Assembly (NCBI GenBank): GCA_020184695.1
Contig: JAANOX010000205.1
Coordinates: 682,001 to 746,000, forward strand
DNA: 64,000 nucleotides
Origin: Histomonas meleagridis 2922-C6/04-290x
Taxonomy: Eukaryota; Protista; Parabasalia
Direction: 5' to 3'
The translations under genes and the position numbers were made by a program. Positions 11,676 to 22,500 of this stretch are shown one piece after another (within the stretch, counting starts at the first letter, position 1; each line of letters begins with the position of its first letter). Under the pieces are notes generated by a model, which saw only the letters and a program-made list of their open reading frames with translations, was not told the DNA's origin and ran no database searches.

Positions 11676-12554
11676 ATGTCCAAAATAGAACGAGTTGCCG
11701 TACATCCAATTGTACTTCTTTCTATTGCAGATCACCACAATCGTGTTGTTGGTAATAATGATTCAAACAAAAGAGTAGTTGGAATTCTTCTTGGTGATGA
11801 ATTCAAAGGGCAAATAAATGTTCTTCAATGTTTTGCTGTTCCATTTGAAGAAGATCCGAATGATCCATCTATTTTATTCGTTGACACCAACTTTATTGAT
11901 GAAATGTATGCCTTACATCGCAAAGTCACATTAAAAGAAAAAATAGTCGGTTGGTATTCATCAAAGACAACAGTTTCTCCAAACGATTTAGATATTCATC
12001 AAATAATTCGTAGATATACTCCCGATCCAGTTTTTATCACCACAGATGTAAATGCCAAAGATCCACATGAAATTCCAGTCACTGCATTTGTTGGAGCCGA
12101 AAGAGTTCGTCCTGATGGGCAGCCTATAGTTTCTTCATTCCAAAATGTTCCAACAATTGTTGACTTTTTAGAAGTTGAAGAAATTGGTGTTGAACATTTA
12201 CTCAGAGATATCAAAGATGTTGATATGTCTGAGATCGGGACGACACTTACAAACAGTGTGCATGGCCTTGCCGCCTTAGAACACAGATTACAAGGAATAT
12301 CAAATTATTTGCAAGATGTTATTGACGAAAAGTTACAACCAGACAATGAAATTATAGGAATAGCGCAGTCCATCTTTAATTTACTGCCAAACCTAGAATT
12401 AAAAGATACGGCTGATTCATTAAATGCCAAATCAGATGACTCAGCCTTTATGGTTTTCATATCACAGCTTTGTAGGTCGGTTGTGTCTTTACATGATTTG
12501 GTAAATAACAGACATCCACCACTCGGTGAGCAAAAAACAGAAGAAAAACAATAA
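11676..12554 (+). CDS. RPN8: 26S proteasome lid subunit Rpn8 (MPN domain)
   Basis: VAVHPIVLLSIADHHNR…KRVVGILLG…CFAVPFEED…EKIVGWY…EEIGVEHLLRDIKD. Confidence 0.95.
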   Translation: MSKIERVAVHPIVLLSIADHHNRVVGNNDSNKRVVGILLGDEFKGQINVLQCFAVPFEEDPNDPSILFVDTNFIDEMYALHRKVTLKEKIVGWYSSKTTVSPNDLDIHQIIRRYTPDPVFITTDVNAKDPHEIPVTAFVGAERVRPDGQPIVSSFQNVPTIVDFLEVEEIGVEHLLRDIKDVDMSEIGTTLTNSVHGLAALEHRLQGISNYLQDVIDEKLQPDNEIIGIAQSIFNLLPNLELKDTADSLNAKSDDSAFMVFISQLCRSVVSLHDLVNNRHPPLGEQKTEEKQ

Positions 12555-12699
12555 ACGTTCATTACTACTTTTATTTGAATTTTTGATTATTTCAAATTAT
12601 ATTTTTTTTTTCCTTGTAAAATCATAAATAACTTTAAAGTTTTCTGTTATTTTCATTTTCTTCTCCATGAATTCATAAGGAAAAGTGTCATTTGTATGC

Positions 12700-13862
12700 A
12701 TGAAAAGGTTACATGAAATCATATTTAATTTAACAAAAGTAAATTTTGATTCTTCAGTCAATCAATTACTAAATTTATTTGATTTGAATTTATCATATTC
12801 ATTTAATGTTGCCATTAGTTATTTGGTTTTCTCTGCATTCTGCTCACAAAAGATTGAAAGTAGCCTATACTCAAATTTTTTGGAATCAATTCAAACTAAA
12901 GAAAGAAAAATTGATAAAAATATACAAGAGCTGATAAAAATTTTTTGTGATTATATAATTCGGTATACATCTCATTATAAAATGCAAGAAGCATATTTTC
13001 TTATTGAGAAAATGATAAAACGAAATTTAATTCATCCAAATATTACCAAAAATATTAATTCTATATATTTTGCACATTACAGAACAGGAAAAAGGAATAA
13101 ACGAATATACAAAGATCCATTTTGTGATGCTTTTTTTGAAAATTATATAGAACTTTCAAAGAATAAATGGGAACTTCATAAGAAATATATCGAAGAAGGA
13201 CATAATCCAAATGAAATTGCAAAAATAATTCGAAATGATAAAATAGAAAAACTTCAAGAATTATCATCACAAACAAATTTTGATTTTAACCAAATAATTA
13301 AACCATCACTTTATGAAAGATGTTCATTTATTAATGAAGAAAATGTTACACTAATTGATTATGCAGCATTTTTTTCTTCAGTTAAATGTTTTAAATATTT
13401 ACTTATGAATGGAGCAAAATTAGAAAACACAGGTAAATATGCAGTTGCAGGCGGAAATGAAGAAATTATTCATTTATGTGAACAAAATCATTCAACATTT
13501 TCTAATGCATATGAAGCAGCAATTGAATTTCATCGAAATGATATCTTTAAATATATCTATGAAAAAAATATGATAAAAAAAACAATAAATTATTAAAAAT
13601 ATGTTTAAATTTTGGAAATTATGAAATTTTTTTATTTTTAGAAAAAGAAGGTTTGGTGCTTCATAAAAGTTTTTTTTATCAATCAGCAAGATTAGGTAAT
13701 TTATATCTTATTGATCATTTAATTCAAAAATATCCTATTCCAAAAAATATTTTAATATTTTCAATAGAATCAAGAAATATTGAACTATTAAAATTTGTTC
13801 TGAAAAAAGATATTGATATAAATGCAAAAGATATTTTTTTTATTTGTATTATTTCTATATAA
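12700..13862 (+). CDS. DUF3447-type ankyrin protein, leader of locus B; frameshift at an A8 run (~13575-13582)
   Basis: The DUF3447 motif is in ORF 12685..13596. The family continuation (KLLKICLNFGNYEIFLFLEKEG…KDIDINAKDI) is in the frame of ORF 13653..13862. AAAAGTGTCATTT (Inr-like TCATT) lies upstream of ATG 12700. Confidence 0.8.
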
Positions 13863-15170
13863 GATTAATGATTTAGTGTTTATAAATATTATTTGGGATT
13901 AAAATTAATTTTTTCTAACAGCACTTAATTCAGCATCTTCAAGTGGTCATACAGAGATAGTTAAATTACTTCTTGAACAAGAAGGTATTGATATTAATGC
14001 TAAATATATTTATTCGTTCTATTTAAAATTCATTTTAATTATTTTTTATTTCAAAACAATATTTGGTAATTATTTAAAATATTTAAAACAGTGCTCATGA
14101 TTGCATCTGAAAAAGGCCATATAAAAATTGTTAAATTGATTCTTGAACAAGAAGGAATTGATATTAATGCTAAAAATATAAATTTGTTTTATTTCAATTT
14201 CATTTTATTGATTTTTTATTTCAAAACAATATTTGGTAATCATTTAAAATATTTAAAACAGTACTCATGATTGCATCTGAAAAAGGTCATATAAAAATTG
14301 TTAAATTACTTCTTGAACAAGATGGAATTGATATTAATGATAAAAATATTTATTTGTTTTATTTAATATTTATTTTAATAATTTTATATTTCAAAATAAA
14401 ATTTGGAAATTATTTGATACAGCACTTATGATAGCATCTGAAAATGGACATACAGAAATAGTTAAATTACTTCTTGAACAAAAAGGAATTGATATTAATG
14501 CTATAGGTATTAATTCGTTTTATTTGTAATTTATTTTCACAAGTTAATGCTTTATGCCAATATTTAAAAATTACTTAAATTATTTGAAACAGCACTTATG
14601 AATGCATCTGATAGAGGTAACACAGAAATAGTTAAGTTACTTCTTGAGCAAGAAGGTATTGATTTAAATGTTAAAGATATTTGTTTGTTTTATTCGTTGA
14701 TTTTTTTAACATTTAAATGTATTTTTACAATATCTGGAATTTATATACATTATATTATACAGCACTTATATTTGCATCTAGATATGGCCCCACAGAAATA
14801 ATCGAATTACTTCTTGAACAAAAAGGAATTGATATCAATGTAAAGAATATTTATTTGTTTCATTTAAAATTTATATTATATATCTGATGTTTCAATATAA
14901 TATTTGGAAGTTATTTAAATTATTTGAGACAGCACTTATGCATGCATCTTCTAATGGTCACATAGAAATAGTCAAATTACTTATTGAGCAAAAAGGAATT
15001 GATGTCAACGTAAAAAATATTTATTTGTTTTATTTAAAAATTATTTCATATATTTTATGTTGCTAAATATTATTTGGAAATTATTTATATTATATGAAAC
15101 AGCTCTTATGATTGCATCTGAAAGAGGTAATACAGAAATAGTTAAATTACTCCATAAACAAAAGAAATAA
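13863..15170 (+). repeat. Ankyrin cassette array B: 8 cassettes
   Basis: Thr codons of TAL at 13918, 14088, 14258, 14419, 14589, 14759, 14929 and 15099. The last cassette ends …EIVKLLHKQKK* (TAA 15168-15170). Confidence 0.9.
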
Positions 15171-15694
15171 TATCAAAGATTCTGATTCAGATCAAAGGTA
15201 ATCAATAAAAAAACTTTGTCATTGCCAATGCTTCTGATTTTGAGGTATGAGCAGATTCATTTTTTTAAATAAAATCATAATTTTTTTATCTTTTTCTAGA
15301 ATTATTTCTTTGAACATTGAATAATATAATGTTATTTCCATTGAATTATAATCAATTATTTTGTAGTGGTATTGCTTTAAGTGATATTTCCATATTTCAC
15401 AAACCAATGGTGTAATTACGTTTAATTTGGAATTCTTTGTCAAGTTTGTTTGCAATACTTTTATAATGATCATAAATTTATCTGCTTCGTTTATATATAC
15501 AATATCTCAACGCATTTCGATTGAAAATAATATGGATTCATGTTTCTGAATTGACAGAAATCCACCAAAAATGCCAATAACCGCTACAATCTTTAGCCAC
15601 TTCACTTATGTCATAAAGTATTCAAAATAGTCGGAGCATTTTGATTCAATTTTTTCTTTTACCTAAAGAATTCACTCAAAAAGTTATTACATCT

Positions 15695-16897
15695 TTATTC
15701 TTTAATATGGCTTTGATATTTTCTTATCATTTCGACTGCATCACCTACAGTTGTGTTATTTGACACGTTCATAATGAAGTATTTCATTCCTTCCATTATT
15801 TTCTTCATGTCAATTGCACTTACATATGTTTCAGAATATCTTGATCTTGCAGTAAACATATTTGTATTTGTATCTTCGTTAATTATCGATTCACCTAATA
15901 CTGATATAGAGTTATTTGCAACCATTATTGTTTGCACATAACAGTTTGTTATTGGCCTTCTTATATGAATTGGTGGCAATTGAGATAAATCAGCATTAGC
16001 TCCATCAATTGTACCAGTCATAACTTTGTCTGGATGAAGATATGCAAATACATCTCCACGTTTAAGTCTATTATTAAAATCAGAGCGCATTCGCACCCCA
16101 AGTTCGCCGACGGTTATTGAACGGGAAACCGGCGACGATACGAATACGTTACTGAAATGGTTGCAATGCTGTGGACCAGATTTCGGGATTAGGTGTCGGA
16201 TATCAACGCAGGTAGCTACGCCAATGGGACCTATTTGGTTATTAAGTGCACACATGGAAAGAGTAAGACCGTTCCATAGATATTCGGTAAAGCCATGACA
16301 TTTTTGAGTAGTTGAATCATATGGTTGTATTTCCTTGGTGTTGACAGTAAAATGATATTCGCTTGTTTCAGGAAGGTCTTTAAGACCAGTTTTGGATTTG
16401 GTTTGCGTTAATGTATCTCTATTATAATAGGGAAAAGAAATATCTATCGTTCCAATTTGTTCTTTGAAGGTTTCAGTTGCTGGCTCTGGAAGAAGAGGGA
16501 GATCATATGGTTTGTAATCGAGCTCTTGTATTTTCTTCATAAGATTTACGAGTGTTAAACCATCACCAACTGAATGATTAAGATTCAAAGCTATGTGGGT
16601 ATCGTTATAACCAATGGTACCTATTGATTTTGAATATGGAGCACGAAGAGAATGAATTGCATTGCAAGCATCGGCAAGAGAATTTGTATTTGGGAGCTTC
16701 ACTGGCTCATAAGGGTGTTTTCTTGCAATCATATTCTCGCCATCATATGCAAGTTTTAATCCAAAAGAATTATCAATAAATCTCTGAAGATATTCAGCAA
16801 CAAATTTTGGGTGTTCCAATTGGATAGCTATTTCGGTATCACACTGTAAGTTAAATAAAAACTTTTCAAAATTTGATGCTTTTCTGCTCGAAAGCAT
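15695..16897 (-). CDS. Putative CoA-dependent acyltransferase (HxxxDG; alcohol acetyltransferase/condensation-fold)
   Basis: LNLNHSVGDGLTL catalytic-type motif and VDIRHLIP…CNHFSNV. ATG 16897 is preceded by Inr TCACT and M3-like ACGGTT. Confidence 0.7.
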   Translation of the reverse strand: MLSSRKASNFEKFLFNLQCDTEIAIQLEHPKFVAEYLQRFIDNSFGLKLAYDGENMIARKHPYEPVKLPNTNSLADACNAIHSLRAPYSKSIGTIGYNDTHIALNLNHSVGDGLTLVNLMKKIQELDYKPYDLPLLPEPATETFKEQIGTIDISFPYYNRDTLTQTKSKTGLKDLPETSEYHFTVNTKEIQPYDSTTQKCHGFTEYLWNGLTLSMCALNNQIGPIGVATCVDIRHLIPKSGPQHCNHFSNVFVSSPVSRSITVGELGVRMRSDFNNRLKRGDVFAYLHPDKVMTGTIDGANADLSQLPPIHIRRPITNCYVQTIMVANNSISVLGESIINEDTNTNMFTARSRYSETYVSAIDMKKIMEGMKYFIMNVSNNTTVGDAVEMIRKYQSHIKE

Positions 16898-17154
16898 TGC
16901 AAAGTGATCCAACCGTAAATGTATTCAATTATTGTAATGTTTATTTATCGTATTCAAACAATTTTTGTAGACGATTTTTCTGAAAACTTATCGTATTTTC
17001 ATAACAACGATTTGTGTTGAAATTGATCGTCTTGATAGTATTCAATCTGTTTCTCACTTTTATGCCGATTTTGAGGTTAAAGCACCACTTTAGATAAACA
17101 CAATAATTTTTAAAAATTTTCTCTCTGAGATATTGTATATATTTAGGAGAGGGT

Positions 17155-18168
17155 TCAATAATTGAGAAAAAGGCGATGAATTTTTCCGGAAGTGTGGGTA
17201 TACCCAAGTCCTTTTAACAGTGAAACGATATCATCAAATCCATTTTCTTCAGCAATCATAAGTGCTGTTTTAAAACATTTGAACAAATTCCAAATATATT
17301 TTGGGAATTTTAGTATGTTTTAATAAATATCAATAAATACAATATAAATATATCTTTAGCATTTACATCAATTCCTTCTTGATTAAGAATTAATTCAACC
17401 ATTTCAGGGTTACAAGAATTGCATGCGTTAAAAAGTACAGTCCGAAATATATTTTATAAATTCCATGAAATATTAACTTGATACCCAAAATTTGTATTTA
17501 AAACATTATTTAAAACAAACAAAAATCTTTTGCATTGATATCAATTCCTTTTTTATGGACAAGCAACTTAACAATATCAATATGGTTTTCTACAACTGCC
17601 ATAATAAATGCATTTTCAAAATTTTTGAATCAACACCAAAACACAAAAATATTTCTTCAAAAACTTAAATAAACATCAAATAAAAACAAAAGATATCAGT
17701 TTTTGCATTAACATCAATTCCTTTTTGTTGAAGAAGTAATTTAACAATTTCAGTGTAGCCTCTTTTGGATGCATCCATAAGTGGTGTTATAATTATATTA
17801 AACATTTTCCAAATCAAGAGAAGATATTTCAAATTATAAAAACTAATTTTAAACAAAATAAAGCAATATTTTTTGGATTAATATCAATTTCTTTTTGCTC
17901 AAGAAGTAATTTAACAATATCAAAGAAACCACCACAAGTAGCACCTCTAAGTGCTGTATTAAAACAATTGAACAATTTCCAAATATTTTCAATAAACGTA
18001 TAATCAAATTAATAAATATTTAACAAAACAAATAAATATCTTTTGCATTGACATCTATTCCTTTTTGTTCAAGAAGTAGTTTTACGATATCAATATAACC
18101 ACAACCAGCAGCACGTTGTAAAGCTGTATGAAATAAAAGGAATAAAAACCAAATAATTAAAGAAAACA
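17155..18168 (-). repeat. Ankyrin cassette array C: 6 cassettes
   Basis: Cassette starts at 18127, 17957, 17787, 17614, 17441 and 17268. The last cassette reads TALMIAEENGFDDIVSLLKGLGYTHTSGKIHRLFLNY*. Confidence 0.85.
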
Positions 18169-19362
18169 TCAAATTAATAAATGAAATTTCAAATAAAAGA
18201 ATTTAATGTCTTTTATATTAATATTTATTTCTTCTTGTTCAAGAAGTAATTTAACAATTTCGATATTTCCTGTTTCAGCTGAAACAATTAATAAGTTTGG
18301 TAATTGATTTTTTGCTATGAAGTTTAAAAAATATATATTACCAATTTCGATTGCATTTTTGATTATAGCTAAAGTAATTTTCATTCCTATTTCATTTAGA
18401 AACAAAAAAATTTCATAATTATCATATCGAATACATTTAATTCCTAATTTATCGAAATCTTTAATATCATTAACACTCTTCTCATAAAGATAATGGAAAA
18501 TATTATTTCGATGAAATTTAATTGCTATAGTTAATGCTTTTTCGATTTCTAAATTATTATGCTCACATAAATGAATAATTTCAATACTTCCACCTGCAAT
18601 TGCAAATTTCATTGTATTTTCAATATTTGCACCATTTAATAGCAAATATCTAAAACATTTAATTGCTGAAAAAAATGCTGCATAATCAATTAATGAAACA
18701 TTTTTTGTATTAACAAATGAACACCTTTCATAAAGAGATTTTTTAATTATTTGATTAAAATCAAAATTTGGTTGTGATGATATTCCTTGAAGTTTTTCTA
18801 TTTCGTCATTTCGAATTATTTTTGCGATCATTTTTGGATTAACTCCTTCTTTAATTAATTGTTTATGAAGTTCCCAATCATTCTTTGAAAGTTCTTTAAT
18901 ATTTGAATAAAATTGCTTCCCAAATGTTAGATATAAATATTTATAAACCCTGATATCATTTTGATCTTTATAATGTGCAAAATATAAATTATATAAATTT
19001 TTTATTATAACTGGTTCAATTATTTTCTGTTCAAACAAATTTTCAAGAAGAAAACATGATTCTTGTGTTTCTAATTCAGAAAGATATCTTGAAAATATTT
19101 GAATTATTTTTTCACTTTTATTAATGACAGCTTTTTCGTTTTTTTCTATATGTAATAAATAATCTATACATAATTTCGGATCTATATTCATTTTCGAAAC
19201 AAAAAAGGAATAAACAAATCTAATTAGCATTACGTTAAAGGAAATGGGAAATTGAATATCAAATAATTTCATTGTTGATTCAACTATTTCATCGATATTT
19301 TCTTGATTTAAATTGAATACCAATTTCTCCAAGTCATATAAAATCTTAATTTGATTGAACAT
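18169..19362 (-). CDS. DUF3447-type ankyrin protein, leader of locus C
   Basis: DUF3447 motif; ends …AETGNIEIVKLLLEQEEININIKDI followed by spacer-derived residues. AAAAGTGTCATTT upstream. Confidence 0.85.
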   Translation of the reverse strand: MFNQIKILYDLEKLVFNLNQENIDEIVESTMKLFDIQFPISFNVMLIRFVYSFFVSKMNIDPKLCIDYLLHIEKNEKAVINKSEKIIQIFSRYLSELETQESCFLLENLFEQKIIEPVIIKNLYNLYFAHYKDQNDIRVYKYLYLTFGKQFYSNIKELSKNDWELHKQLIKEGVNPKMIAKIIRNDEIEKLQGISSQPNFDFNQIIKKSLYERCSFVNTKNVSLIDYAAFFSAIKCFRYLLLNGANIENTMKFAIAGGSIEIIHLCEHNNLEIEKALTIAIKFHRNNIFHYLYEKSVNDIKDFDKLGIKCIRYDNYEIFLFLNEIGMKITLAIIKNAIEIGNIYFLNFIAKNQLPNLLIVSAETGNIEIVKLLLEQEEININIKDIKFFYLKFHLLI

Positions 19363-19539
19363 TATGCAAAATGACACTTTTCAAAATGTAATTCCAAATA
19401 TATATTCATTTTTCGAAAAATAAAACAAAAACAAATTTCTTTTTAATTATACTTTGGCATGGAATCTTTTATTAGAGTTCACACACATAAAATTATATCA
19501 ACTTAAAAAGCCGATACGCGATTTTTCAAAAAATTGTCA

Positions 19540-22500
19540 TCACCAAAACGGGCACCAACCGCTGTACATTTTGCTTAACAAATATGTATCGGTTGCCATA
19601 GAAATCAGCTTATCGGCCTGTTCTTCCACCGAAAACGGTTTGTCCTTTGTGCCGAAGTCGGTGCCCGTTAACTTTGCCTTTACTCTTCTTGTCATTTCTA
19701 CGCTTGACAAAACTGAACTTTCGCAAGCTATGTCACCCAAATAACTTTCGCTGTCATGTAATGAGATCATTTTGTAGTCGTTAGCCATGTTATCCTCTAC
19801 ACAGTCATCAGAATCTACCAAAGGCTCTTGTACGAAAATTGCCAAAATCATTACCAAAACTCGATAATTATCTCTTAATATGTTGGACATATTAATGAAT
19901 GAACTTCTAAAAATCCCATCAACGCCACCAGGCCCCAAAGCCTTTACCATATTTCTTGTTAATCTAAATGGGACGGTTTCTGGGAATCTTTTTCTATTAG
20001 CCGCCTTTTCGAAGCAGTCACCGAAGTCAATGTGGATCACCTTACCCGTTATACTATTAATCAACAAATTCGAAGGATGTCTATCTCCCAATCCGATTAC
20101 GTATCCCAATATTGAAGTCATAGCCGATGTTATTGAGAAAGTATTAATTTGTTTCAGCCAAGTTTTTGAGTCTGGAGATTTTAACCAAAAGAAATTTGAT
20201 ATCACATTATCAGGAATTTCATAAAATATTTTTTCCAATATTTGCATCTTTTGTATTGGCATTAAGTTATCATATATTCCATGTGAATACTTTTCAGCCA
20301 ATGTATATTCGATTAATGGTTCGATTTTATGAAGGTTTCGAACAGTTTCGAATATATTTCGTAAAGTTTCTGTTCCAGGAATCCATTGCACTAATCCATG
20401 AGCGTTTGACAAAGGTATAACACTTGTTGTTTGTATTATATTACCATTAAAACACGTTTCTTTCAATATGAAACTATTTACGGACCCAAAGAATTGCATA
20501 ATTCGTTCATCTAAACGTAAGTCTTCATGACCTTTTAATAAGTATTGATAGAAGTTACCATCATTACCTTTAATGATTACATCTTTTGGTGCTTGTTTCG
20601 AATTATATACAGTGAATTTACCAACAAAGTATTCAATTGTTATAGGCTTCCGGCCTGGAATATATGTACCAGGTACTGCTACATGGAAATTAGTTTTCTC
20701 GGCTAATTCAGATGATATCGCAGACATTTCGATCATTTTAATATTATCCAAATCATTTTCTAATGATTGTTTAAATGCTTGACACCAATTCATTATGTTT
20801 TTGGAGTATGTACTTTTATAACTTATATAATTGATGTTGTTTTCAATCTGTGTTAAATATTGTGAATATAATGACTTAAAATGATAATGCATTTGACATT
20901 TAGGCTTTTGGGTGATTTTGATGATTTGTAATAAGACTTCTTTCATCTTTTTATTATCACCATGAATATGATACATAAAAGTATCATCTAAAAGTTGTAA
21001 TATTTTTTCATTCCATGTAACTGTAGCTAATAAAAGACTTTTCCGTATTAATACTACTTCGGAATATACTTCCGGATTTTCATTATTAAATTCTTCAAGT
21101 AATTTTAAAGCTGCTTTTGAACGCACTTCATTATTTGACTTCTTTAAAACAAATAATGAAAATATTAACTTATGATAATGTTCGATAAGTAATTTATATA
21201 TTATATCATGTACAAAATTCGAGACTTCTAATGTTGGATGACTTAATTGTACTAATAATTGTGGTGATGCTTGTAATAATAATGAAGGATGAAGTTTCTC
21301 TATACAATTATGTGCAGTGGAGTTAAATATTTGTGGTTGATTTGCATGATCAAAGAATAAATTTAATAATTGTACCAAGTCAGAAAATGATGGTGATATT
21401 GAAGTACATTTAGTTAATGCGTCAATAGCATTTGTTACATAAGTTACTAAATTATCTTTATCTAAGTTAATTAATGTTACATTGATATCACTCCATTTAC
21501 GTAATGTTTGTACATAATCAGTATCCATAGTTAATTCACTAAAGATTTGCATTGGTAAATAATAATTACCTTTTGTAGTGATATTATTATGTTTAATTTC
21601 ATGATCTCGTTTTACAATATCTTTTAAATGATTATATGCAGAGATAATACCTTCATATGTATCATTAGTTTCTAATATCCAACTTGCATATAAATAATGA
21701 CATTTCATCAATAATGAAGGCTCTGTAACTATTTGTGTTAATTGTTCGATTTCTTGTATTGCAGATTGTTTATCTCCAACTGTCCAATGTGCTACAGCAA
21801 AACAAACTTTATGTAAATTTGGTGCTGTTTTAAAGTTGAAATGTGGGAATAATATATTTAATGCATTATAATGTGTTTTCGTACCTAAAATAGATGACTT
21901 TAATTGAAAGAATTTAATTAAATGATCATCTTGAATAGGTGTTAAACTTGCTCGATTAGCTATAATACCAAACCATAAATCGAAATCTCGTGGAGCTGTT
22001 TTAAGTCGTTTACTCCAGACATGTTCTATTTCATGTGGATGAATATTTTGGATCCATAATTTCATTTCATTGATTTCAATTAATTCTTGACAATATAACA
22101 TAGTTTGTTTTTGGATTTGATTTTCTCCCCAAAAAATTAATGGCTTTGAAGCTATTAATGAAAATCCTTTTGTTAAAAAGTTATCGACGTTTTCGAAATC
22201 TTTTTCATGTAATGCTGATAAAGCAGATAATATATTACAACGAATACAATCATCAGGTGCAAACTTTAATACTTCTTTCATTAAATCCCAATTCCCTAAA
22301 TGTAATGAAGCTTCTGCAAAATATCGTGATAATATTCTCTTATTAGATAATTCTAAATTATTAAAATATGGAAATAAATTTTGGATTTGTGACCAATTAC
22401 TCATAGCTGATAATGATTCAACTAAACCTAAAAATGAAGGTAAACTATGATTAGTCTTTTTAAATGCTATTTCATACATAGGTTCGACTTCATCCCATAT

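Noticed and set aside
13863-15170. Reading the ankyrin spacers as ordinary GT-AG introns (tttGTTTT … ACAG)
   Set aside because: That join is out of frame, ACAG is replaced by ACAC, ACAA or ACTG in other units, and array E spacers lack the 5' GT.
15219-15620. Possible decayed gene between array B and the acyltransferase
   Set aside because: Stops in all frames and no family recognisable.
16941-17207. ORF 16941..17207 as the C-terminal exon of locus C
   Set aside because: It is in a different frame from the terminal cassette, which stops at 17155-17157, and it has a non-ATG start.
19540-19560. Stop-codon reassignment as the explanation for interrupted ankyrin genes
   Set aside because: Conserved genes end correctly with TGA (TOR), TAG (centrin) and TAA (ribosomal proteins), and spacers shift the frame as well as containing stops.
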